Shown: positions 1 to 8,351 of the stretch, in pieces
Layout of the letters: each line of letters opens with the position of its first letter
Position numbering within the stretch: position 1 is the first letter of the stretch
NCBI GenBank assembly: GCA_051652765.1
Contig: JBOFUV010000133.1
Location: forward strand, 1 to 64,000
Origin: Microcoleaceae cyanobacterium
GTDB taxonomy: Bacteria; Cyanobacteriota; Cyanobacteriia; Cyanobacteriales; Microcoleaceae
Length of the DNA stretch: 64,000 nt
Direction of reading: 5' to 3'
The notes under the pieces: generated by a model
Seen by the model: the letters and a program-made list of their open reading frames with translations, nothing else
Database searches by the model: none
What the model was told of the DNA's origin: nothing
Made by a program: the position numbers and the translations under genes

Positions 1-2505
1 GCATCCTTACCGCGTTACCGAATGCAGCCTGAAGGTGAACCGCTCCCCCAACAGCCGTTTTCTCAGATATTGAAATCTCCTCAAGGTCTGTTTCTGATTA
101 CTGAGGATCAGTTAGGTGTGGCTCCTTATGTAGCTACAGCCTTACAACAAGCGGGTGCAACTCCCGTCATTCTCAGCCCAGATATCCTGCTGAATCCTAA
201 ACGCCTTGCCCACGAAGTTGATCAACTGCGTGAAACTTGGGGGCCTGTTACTGGAATTGTCCATCTGGCCGCCCTAGCTCCCCTCTCCCTGCCGAACTCG
301 TTCCCGCAATGGCGAACCTACACCACAATTCAAGCCAAGAGTTTGTTTCAGCTCTTGCATTTATGCAGTCAGGAGCGGAATTCTGCCAAGACTCTCAGTT
401 ATGTTTTGTCTGCCTCTTTGCTAGGGGGGTATTTGGGTCGCCCCAGTGATTCTAGCTCCCCGAATCACAGTCAAGATCTGGCCCAGGGAGGGCTAGCAAC
501 GGGAGGAGCAGCGGTAGGCTTACTCAAAACCTTGAGCTTGGAGCAACCAGAGGTTCAGGTCAAGGCCGTTGACTTTGATCAAACCCTGTCTGGGGAAGCC
601 ATGGCCCAGCATATTGTGCAAGAGTTGTTCTTACCTGGAGGGCGGATTGAGGTGGGTTACCCTCAGGGCGATCGCACCGTTTTCAGAACTGTGTCTGCAC
701 CGATTACACCTGAACCGATTACGCCTGAGACGACTGTAACCCTCTCTCCAGAACCGGACTGGGTGGTTCTAGTCACAGGGGGCGCAAAAGGAATTACCGC
801 AGAAACGGTCTTAACTCTGGCAACCGTTGGACTCACCCTGGTGATTGTAGGCCGTTCCGCCTGCCCGGAGGAGGACGCGATTCAAACCCAGGGAATTGAA
901 GATATTGCCGCGTTAAGGCGAGTTTTGTTAGACCGGGCCAAGGCTCAAGGGGTGTTGCCAACTCCGGTACAAGTCGAGGGACAGATCAAACAGATTTTGG
1001 GCGATCGCGCCATCCGGGCCAACCTCAAGCGCTTTCAACAGGCCGGAGCAACGGTGGAATACCTTCCGGGAGATGTCAAAAATCCAATTGAGTTTCAGCA
1101 CTTAGTGAACGATATTTACAGCCGTTATGGTCGGCTGGATGCGGTGATTCATGGCGCAGGCATCATTGAAGATAAGCTGATTCAGGATAAAACCTTGGAT
1201 TCTTTTGAGCGAGTCTTCGATACCAAAGTAGACAGTACCTTTATCCTGAGTCAATGTCTGCGCCCAGAGTCTTTGAAACTGCTCGTTTTGTTTAGTTCTG
1301 TGGCCGGACGTTATGGTAACAAAGGTCAAAGTGACTACGCAGCCGCCAACGAAGTAGTTAATCGCTTGGCATGGCAACTGGATCAACGTTGGCCTCAAAC
1401 CCGAGTGGTAGCGATCAATTGGGGCCCTTGGGATACCACTGGCATGGCCTCTGAAGACGTAAAACGTCAATTCCGGGAACAGGGAGTGATTCCGATTCCG
1501 TTGGACTCAGGCTGTGAATTCTTCTTGGAAGAACTGCTATGGGGGCAGAAAGGGGACGTGGAAATGATCGCGGGAATGGGCCCTTGGGATGCCCATGAAC
1601 AAAAAATGGCTCACTGTCCTAGCGTTGCCACCCTTGCCTTCCTCGGCAAAACCGCTCCCCAACTTCAGCCGGATGGAACAGTTACCCTGGATCACACCTT
1701 TTCCCTGGGGCACGATCCCTACTTAGCGGATCACTGCTTGGACGGACAGCCTGTTGTTCCTGCTGCTGTGGCGTTGGAATGGTTGGCGGAATTTATCCAG
1801 GCCGCTTGGCCAGAGTGGGAATTGGCCCAGATCCAGAATTTGCGAGTGCTACGGGGCTTAGTGTTACCTCAGGCTGAGGGATGTTCGGTGCGGCTCCAAG
1901 CCAAGGCTTCGACCCATGCCGATGCAGAGAGCTTAACGGTCACCGCTGAAATCCTTGACCCAGTACGGCGTACTCTTTACTACCGGGCAACGGCCCGATT
2001 ACAGCCCCAACTGCATCCCTCACCTCCCTTGCTCGACCTGAACCCAATTGGTGGACAGTCTCTCCCGCCAGAGGAAGCATATCGCAACTATTTATTTCAT
2101 GGCAAACGCTTTCAGTTGATCACGGCGATCGCAGGCTGTGAGGCCGAAGGGATAGATGCCCAAGTCCAGCCCAGTTATCCGACGACCTGGTTAACCGATC
2201 AAACCCCTGGAGGTTACTGGCTATTCGATCCCGGCATGATTGACACGGCCCCCCAATTGGCAATTATTTGGGCGCGAATGCAGCGTGATACCACTGTGTT
2301 GCCTGCTCGGTTTGGCTGTGTCACCCGTTACGCGGCTTCCCGTTCCCCTCAACCGCTCCAGGTGGCACTTCGAGTCACCCAGGCGAATGAGTACAGTCTC
2401 AGCTACGATGCTTTGTTCTTTGATGCTCATGGAAATATCCATTTCCAACTTCAGGATATGGAAGGCACTTGCAACTCCCAACTCAACCGTTTAGCGCAGG
2501 TTTAG
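1..2505 (+). CDS. Type I PKS/PUFA-synthase-like protein, C-terminal KR + DH domains (5' truncated by window edge)
   Basis: Frame is open from base 1 (ASLPRYRMQ...). KR motifs VLVTGGAKGITAE, HGAGIIEDK and FSSVAGRYGNKGQSDYAAAN. DH motifs DHCLDGQPVVP and DPGMIDTAPQ. Confidence 0.92.
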   Translation, partial: ASLPRYRMQPEGEPLPQQPFSQILKSPQGLFLITEDQLGVAPYVATALQQAGATPVILSPDILLNPKRLAHEVDQLRETWGPVTGIVHLAALAPLSLPNSFPQWRTYTTIQAKSLFQLLHLCSQERNSAKTLSYVLSASLLGGYLGRPSDSSSPNHSQDLAQGGLATGGAAVGLLKTLSLEQPEVQVKAVDFDQTLSGEAMAQHIVQELFLPGGRIEVGYPQGDRTVFRTVSAPITPEPITPETTVTLSPEPDWVVLVTGGAKGITAETVLTLATVGLTLVIVGRSACPEEDAIQTQGIEDIAALRRVLLDRAKAQGVLPTPVQVEGQIKQILGDRAIRANLKRFQQAGATVEYLPGDVKNPIEFQHLVNDIYSRYGRLDAVIHGAGIIEDKLIQDKTLDSFERVFDTKVDSTFILSQCLRPESLKLLVLFSSVAGRYGNKGQSDYAAANEVVNRLAWQLDQRWPQTRVVAINWGPWDTTGMASEDVKRQFREQGVIPIPLDSGCEFFLEELLWGQKGDVEMIAGMGPWDAHEQKMAHCPSVATLAFLGKTAPQLQPDGTVTLDHTFSLGHDPYLADHCLDGQPVVPAAVALEWLAEFIQAAWPEWELAQIQNLRVLRGLVLPQAEGCSVRLQAKASTHADAESLTVTAEILDPVRRTLYYRATARLQPQLHPSPPLLDLNPIGGQSLPPEEAYRNYLFHGKRFQLITAIAGCEAEGIDAQVQPSYPTTWLTDQTPGGYWLFDPGMIDTAPQLAIIWARMQRDTTVLPARFGCVTRYAASRSPQPLQVALRVTQANEYSLSYDALFFDAHGNIHFQLQDMEGTCNSQLNRLAQV
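668..675. repeat. HIP1 octamer GCGATCGC (one example of many across the window)
   Basis: Recurs in core genes and in the PKS cluster, often as ggcgatcgcc. Confidence 0.95.
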
Positions 2506-2512
2506 TGAAATC

Positions 2513-5500
2513 ATGACAAATCCTCAACTGAAATCCACGGATATTGCGATTATTGGCATGTCGGCTCTTTTTCCTGGAGCCCCGGACTTAAAGACCTACT
2601 GGCAGAACATTGTCAATGGTACCAGTGCCATTCGAGAGGCCCCAGAAGACTGGCTTGGCCCTTATTTTGACCCTGACTCTACTGAAAATGACCGGATTTA
2701 CAACCGCAAAGGAGGGTTTATCGGGGATTTAGCAGAATTCAATCCTTTGGAGTTTGGCATCATGCCAAACTCCGTGGATGGAGGTGAGCCTGTTCATTTT
2801 CTGGCCCTGAAATTAGCACGAGCGGCCCTAGCCGATGCAGGATATTTGGATCGACCGTTCAATCGGGACAAAACCGGAGTGATTCTGGGACGGGGCACCT
2901 ATGTGAACCGAGCCTATAACTCTCTGATGCAGCATGGATTGGTGATTGATCAAACCCTGGACTTAATTCGTCAGCTTTTGCCTCAGTTAACCAAGTCTAC
3001 CGTCCAGCAAATTCGTCAGAACCTGAAGCAAAGCTTGCCACCTTTTACCGCAGAGATGGCTCCAGGCTTGTCTCCCAATGTGTTAACGGGTCGGATCGCC
3101 AACCGATTTGACCTCAAAGGGCCAAATTATATTGTTGATGCTGCCTGTGCCTCAACCTTAATTGCGGTAGAGCTGGCCATTACAGAATTGCAGAGTGGTC
3201 GCTGTGACCTGGTATTAACGGGAGGCACACAAGCCTCAACTCCACCGCAAATTCACATGATTTTCTGCCAACTGGGGGCCCTGTCGCGGTCTGATATCAA
3301 GCCATTTGCCCAGGGATCGGTAGGAACGCTGTTGTCAGAAGGGCTAGGACTGTTAGTTCTGAAGCGGTTGGCCGATGCCGAACGGGATGGCGATCGCATC
3401 TATGCTGTGATTAAAGGGGTGGGTACCTCCAGCGACGGAAAAGCTTTGGGATTGTTAGCTCCTCGACCTGAAGGAGAGGTCTTAGCTCTGCAACGAGCCT
3501 ACGCGAATAGTGGAGTTGACCCCCAGACAATCAGTTTAATTGAAGCCCACGGCACGGGAATTCCGCTGGGCGATCGCACAGAAATTCAATCCTTAACCCA
3601 AGTCTTTGGGGCTCGACAGCATTTCCCTCGCTGTGCCTTGGGTTCTGTGAAATCAATGATTGGCCATTGCTTGCCTGCGGCTGGGGCTGCCAGTTTAATC
3701 AAAATGGCCCTTGCTCTCTATCACAAAGTTCTGCCCCCAACTTTGTGTGATCAGGTTAATCCAGATTTGGAAATTGAACAAACTCCCTTTTATATCAACA
3801 CGGAAACACGACCCTGGATTCAAGGGGATGGGCTGCGGCGGGCTGGAGTCAATTCCTTTGGGTTTGGTGGGGTAAATGGTCATGCCGTTTTAGAAGAATA
3901 TCAGCCGTCAACCCGTTCTTTATCCTCTACTGCGCTCCACACGCAATGGCCGACGGAATTGGTGGTGTTAACTGCAGATGATCCAAGCACTCTGATTGTT
4001 AAAATTCAACAGTTGCACCAGCAGATAGAGACCCAACTCGTCGAGGCAGCATCCCAGTTTTCCCTGGCTTCCCTTGCCTATATCCTGAACTCTCAACCCC
4101 TTCAAGGCCGAGAACGTCTGGCCATTGTGGCGGAGGATTTACCCGACTTACAGCAAAAATTAACTCAAACCTTGAGCAAATTGCGATCGCAACCCCAAAC
4201 CCTGCAAACTCGTAATGGGATTTACTATGCTGCTGGGGGAGATTTGGCTGAACCGGAGCGGTTGGCCTTGCTGTTTCCGGGAGAAGGATCGCAATATCCG
4301 AATATGCTGGCGGATTTGTGTTTGTATTTTCCAGTGGTGCGCTCCTGGTTTGACTTTCTGGATCAAACGTTTGGAGCCCAGCGAGAGATTCCCCCGAGCC
4401 ATTTCATTTTTCCCCCTCCCACTAGCTTAACTGCGGAAGAGCAGCGGATAGCTCAAGCTCAACTCTTCAATATGGACTTGGCTTCAGAAACGGTGTTTAC
4501 CGCTAATTTAGCCCTGTACGAACTTCTTAAGCAGTTGGGTCTAAAAGCAGCCGTCATGGTGGGGCATAGCACGGGAGAAAATTCTGCCTTGATTGCTTCA
4601 GGAACCGTGCGCTTGAGTAGCCGCGAACAACTAGGAAAGAATATGCGTCACCTCAACCGTATCTATCAGGGGTTAGTTGCGGAGGATCGAATTCCAAAAG
4701 GGGTGTTACTGAATGTGGGTGCGGTGGATCAGGAGGTTCTCCACAGAGTAATTGCTCAATTTCAAGGTCAGTTGCACTTAGCGATGAACAATTGTCGCAA
4801 CCAAGCAATTCTTTTTGGCGATGAGGCAGTGGTTGTTCAAGCCCAAGCCCAACTTCAGCAATTGGGGGGGATTTGCACACGGCTTCCGTTTGATCGAGCC
4901 TATCATACCTCTCGATTTGAACCAATCAGTACTGCATTCAAAGCCTTCTATGATCACCTAGACGTAGGCCCTGGGCAGACTTCCTTGTATAGCTGTGCAA
5001 CAGCGGATCAGTTCCCGACTGAGCCGGAAGCAATTCGGGAGTTGGCGGCGCAACAGTGGTCTCGCCAGGTTCGCTTTTGGGACACGATGGAGACGTGCTA
5101 CCAACGGGGGATTCGCACCTTTGTCGAAGTTGGGCCGAGTCGGAATCTCACTGGATTTGTTCGAGATGTTTTCCGCGATCGCAACCATCTTGCCCTCGCC
5201 AGTAATGTCCAACGTCAATCTGGCTTAACCCAATTGCACCATCTATTAGGCCATTTGTGGGTTCAGGGAAGTCCCCTCAACCTGGACTATCTCTACAGTG
5301 TGCGGGAATTGCAACCTGCTAACTTAGCAACCCCAATTGTTCCGCCAAAACCGAAGATGTTGCTGGATTTGAAGATGCCAATTCTTCGTCTAGATCCGGA
5401 GTTGGTTCAGGAGATTCAAGGGCAGTTGCAAAAGTTCCCATCGGTTCTTCCAGAAATAGGTCTTCCAGAAATAAGTCTTCCAAAAATAGGTCTTTCCGGA

Positions 5501-7576
5501 TCTGATCAGACCGACCCGCATGATGCTCCTGAACAGCCCTCGATAGTTCTTCAACACCCGGTAAGTGTGACTGAAGATACGGTGGAATGGGTAGTTGCTC
5601 CAGAGCAGGTGCAAGCTTCTAGCAGCAATTCAGAAATTGCCAGGGGCATCATAGAACCAGATAATTCCAGACCAATGGCTCCAGTTTTAATCCCGCCTCC
5701 GGTTCAGCTAGAACCTGTCGCTTCTACAATTCCGCTACCTCCTCAACTACCGTCTCAACAGCCTGAGTTTTCGCTGCTATGCTCTCATTTTGATTTGATG
5801 AAGACCTTTCTGGAGCATCAGCAACGGATTACAGCGGCAGTATTCTCCAACTCACCAGATGTTGCCACAACTCCTTGGCCATTTCTGGGTCAAGTGCAGG
5901 AATGCACAGCCTCACGGTTTTACAGTGAACGGGTCTTTGATTTGCAGTCTGATCGGTTTTTGCAAGACCATACCTTGGGTGGCCAACTCTCAAACTGGAA
6001 CCCGGAGATCTGTCCCTTGGCGGTGATTCCCTTCACGATCAGTTTGGAGATTCTGGCAGAAGCGGCGGTTTACTTAACGGCCTGTGCGTTTCGAGTGACT
6101 GCGATTGAGGCCGTGCGAGGGTATCGCTGGATTACGTTAGACCAAGGACAGGTGCGGCTTGGTATTGAAGCTGAGCTGCAGTCTGATCCCGCTGCTTCTA
6201 GTCCTCAGGTTCAGGTGAAGTTGTTCCAGCTTGAACCGGATCAGCAGGCAGACCCGATCCTGGTGTTTGAAGGGCGGGTAATTTTGGCGACTGACTATCC
6301 GCCGCCGCCTGCTCCCTCAATTGCACCACTTACTCATCTTCGGCCTTCCCGCTGGTTAGATGGGGAGTTGTACACTTCAGGAATGTTTCATGGCCCTAGT
6401 TTTCAGGGGGTGAAACACTTGTGCGGATGGAATGGTCAAGGAATTGAGGCAGAATTGAGGCAAATTCCCACTGATCCCTTTTTCCAATCTCTACCTCGGC
6501 CACAGTTTCAACTGGATGCGGGGTTACTGGATGCAGCGGGGCAGTTGGTGGCGTATTGGATTTCGGAACAGTCAAATATGGATTTCCATGCGTTTCCGTT
6601 TCGAGTCCAGGCTTTTCGGTTCTACGCCGACGTGTTGCCTGCTGAAGCAATCGTGGGCTGTCGGGGGCAGATTGGATTCGCACATGAACGCCAAGTCGAT
6701 GCTCAGTTAGAACTCCGGGATTCAACAGGAGCTATCATCACTCGAATTGAGGGATGGCAGGATGTGTTTTTTACGGTTCCTCAACGGTTTTGTGAGTGCC
6801 GAGTTTTTCCGCAGACGGCATTTCTGTCTCGCCCCTGGAAACCCTTGACTACCTTAACTGACAGGGTGATCAGTCGCCGAGTTGATCCCTTTCCTCAAGG
6901 GTTTTTACAGGACTCAGGCGGGTTATTACAGCGGGCGCTGGCCCATTTAGTATTAAGCGCTGAAGAACGGGATGTTTGGTACAGCTTGCCGGAAGGCAGC
7001 TCTCGCCGGTTAGATTGGTTGCTTGGCAGAATTGCTGCCAAGGATGGAATTCGTCAGTGGGCTCAGGAACAGTTTCAGTTGGCCCTAGCTCCAGTAGACA
7101 TTACGATTCTTTCCTCGGCAACAGGAAAGCCTCAGGTTTCCTGCCCAATGTTGCAAGCCTTTACATCCCTCCCTGATTTGTCCATCAGCCACAGTCAAGG
7201 TTGGGCCGTAGCAGCGATCGCCCCGGTGGGTCAGCAGATTGGAGTAGATGTCCAACCATTTCAGGGGGTCAAGGCTGACGATATTATCCCTATAGCCTTT
7301 TCAGGGGCAGAATGGCAACGCTTGCCAGATCTCACCGGTCAAGAGATTATCGGGCTGTGGTGTGCCAAAGAAGCAGCCAGTAAGGCAATGGGAGTGGGTC
7401 TTCATCAGCCCCACGATTGGCAGATTACCCACTATTCCAGGGAAACTAGTGAAGTGGCGCTGCGATATGGCGATCGCCAGTTGCTGATTCAAGTGGAGCT
7501 AACCCCAGAGGAGGCGATCGCCATCTGCCAAATTGTTCCTCAAGGAATTGGGATCTCATCACTAGAGATCAACTGA
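2513..7576 (+). CDS. Type I PKS: KS-AT-linker-DH-PPTase, no internal ACP seen
   Basis: KS DAACAS, EAHGTG, KSMIGH. AT GHSTG and RAYHT. DH FLQDHTLGG and LLDAAGQ. C-terminal Sfp-type PPTase motifs GRIAAK, SISHS, IGVDVQ, WCAKEAASKA. Confidence 0.92.
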   Translation: MTNPQLKSTDIAIIGMSALFPGAPDLKTYWQNIVNGTSAIREAPEDWLGPYFDPDSTENDRIYNRKGGFIGDLAEFNPLEFGIMPNSVDGGEPVHFLALKLARAALADAGYLDRPFNRDKTGVILGRGTYVNRAYNSLMQHGLVIDQTLDLIRQLLPQLTKSTVQQIRQNLKQSLPPFTAEMAPGLSPNVLTGRIANRFDLKGPNYIVDAACASTLIAVELAITELQSGRCDLVLTGGTQASTPPQIHMIFCQLGALSRSDIKPFAQGSVGTLLSEGLGLLVLKRLADAERDGDRIYAVIKGVGTSSDGKALGLLAPRPEGEVLALQRAYANSGVDPQTISLIEAHGTGIPLGDRTEIQSLTQVFGARQHFPRCALGSVKSMIGHCLPAAGAASLIKMALALYHKVLPPTLCDQVNPDLEIEQTPFYINTETRPWIQGDGLRRAGVNSFGFGGVNGHAVLEEYQPSTRSLSSTALHTQWPTELVVLTADDPSTLIVKIQQLHQQIETQLVEAASQFSLASLAYILNSQPLQGRERLAIVAEDLPDLQQKLTQTLSKLRSQPQTLQTRNGIYYAAGGDLAEPERLALLFPGEGSQYPNMLADLCLYFPVVRSWFDFLDQTFGAQREIPPSHFIFPPPTSLTAEEQRIAQAQLFNMDLASETVFTANLALYELLKQLGLKAAVMVGHSTGENSALIASGTVRLSSREQLGKNMRHLNRIYQGLVAEDRIPKGVLLNVGAVDQEVLHRVIAQFQGQLHLAMNNCRNQAILFGDEAVVVQAQAQLQQLGGICTRLPFDRAYHTSRFEPISTAFKAFYDHLDVGPGQTSLYSCATADQFPTEPEAIRELAAQQWSRQVRFWDTMETCYQRGIRTFVEVGPSRNLTGFVRDVFRDRNHLALASNVQRQSGLTQLHHLLGHLWVQGSPLNLDYLYSVRELQPANLATPIVPPKPKMLLDLKMPILRLDPELVQEIQGQLQKFPSVLPEIGLPEISLPKIGLSGSDQTDPHDAPEQPSIVLQHPVSVTEDTVEWVVAPEQVQASSSNSEIARGIIEPDNSRPMAPVLIPPPVQLEPVASTIPLPPQLPSQQPEFSLLCSHFDLMKTFLEHQQRITAAVFSNSPDVATTPWPFLGQVQECTASRFYSERVFDLQSDRFLQDHTLGGQLSNWNPEICPLAVIPFTISLEILAEAAVYLTACAFRVTAIEAVRGYRWITLDQGQVRLGIEAELQSDPAASSPQVQVKLFQLEPDQQADPILVFEGRVILATDYPPPPAPSIAPLTHLRPSRWLDGELYTSGMFHGPSFQGVKHLCGWNGQGIEAELRQIPTDPFFQSLPRPQFQLDAGLLDAAGQLVAYWISEQSNMDFHAFPFRVQAFRFYADVLPAEAIVGCRGQIGFAHERQVDAQLELRDSTGAIITRIEGWQDVFFTVPQRFCECRVFPQTAFLSRPWKPLTTLTDRVISRRVDPFPQGFLQDSGGLLQRALAHLVLSAEERDVWYSLPEGSSRRLDWLLGRIAAKDGIRQWAQEQFQLALAPVDITILSSATGKPQVSCPMLQAFTSLPDLSISHSQGWAVAAIAPVGQQIGVDVQPFQGVKADDIIPIAFSGAEWQRLPDLTGQEIIGLWCAKEAASKAMGVGLHQPHDWQITHYSRETSEVALRYGDRQLLIQVELTPEEAIAICQIVPQGIGISSLEIN

Positions 7577-7645
7577 TTAAGCATCTACCATCATTAATTT
7601 CCTAGCCCTGTTAATTCATCGTTCACCTGTTTAAAGTTCAATCCT

Positions 7646-7990
7646 ATGAACACATCGATTCAGTCTGCTCTAATTAGTGTCAGTCGGCAGCTCCGTAAGT
7701 TAGAAATTCAGGTTGCTGTTGTCAATCTTATTCGTTCTCTGTTGCAAGAGTGGCGGATGGAATTTAACGATATTAACCCGAAAAGTCGATTGACATCCGA
7801 TTTGAATTTTGAATCCATTGAGATTATTAATTTGGTTGTTGCTTTGGAGAAAAAATATCGCAAGACCTTAGATTACTCCCGACTCCTTATGCAGGATGGT
7901 CACTATGTTGAAGACATTAGCATTGAGCAGCTTGCCAATTTTGTTGGGGAAAGTTTTCCTGAAGATCAAGATGAATGTTCTACGAGTTGA
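7646..7990 (+). CDS. Stand-alone acyl carrier protein
   Basis: SRLTSDLNFESIEIINLVVALEKKY matches the ACP helix II pattern with the Ser attachment site (ES in place of DS); directly follows the PKS. Confidence 0.8.
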   Translation: MNTSIQSALISVSRQLRKLEIQVAVVNLIRSLLQEWRMEFNDINPKSRLTSDLNFESIEIINLVVALEKKYRKTLDYSRLLMQDGHYVEDISIEQLANFVGESFPEDQDECSTS

Positions 7991-8274
7991 TGAGTCATTT
8001 ATCTAGGTAAGTTTTGCCTGTAAACTTACCCGTGAATTTATCCGTAAATGTATCAACAAATTTGTCAGCAAAGTTGTCGGTAAAGGTGTTGATACGTTTG
8101 TTCGTCGAATAATATGGCAATCCTTTATTAATTATAAAAACCTGAAAAGAGGTTTGGGGATTTTGTTCTAAGAAAGAGCAACTTCTCTTTACCCCTTTTC
8201 CAAAAATTATTCCTGATTCCTATAGCTTGACTTTGCATAATGATATGAAGTGAGCCCTAATAATCCTTTGAGAA

Positions 8275-8307
8275 TGTTGGGTCTCGCTAGCTCGATACCA
8301 ACCTACA
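8275..8307. repeat. REP-like small dispersed repeat copy (family A)
   Basis: Reverse complement tgtaggttggtatcgagctagcgagacccaaca resembles tgtagggtaagtcgagcttgtgaaacccaaca at 30289-30320. Confidence 0.55.
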
Positions 8308-8351
8308 CAGCCTACATTTTTAAGCGACATGCACCAGTGGGGGGACTCAAA

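Noticed and set aside
1..7576. Calling the PKS an enediyne PKSE, heterocyst glycolipid or PUFA synthase
   Set aside because: Domain order and neighbours differ: no cis ACP/KR in the PPTase-bearing gene, no KS-CLF pair or FabA-type DH pair, and no recognisable hgl or enediyne cassette genes in view.
8250..8351. GTG-initiated N-terminal extension of the fusion protein
   Set aside because: It reads through a REP-like repeat; ATG 8352 has a better RBS and begins the recognisable domain.
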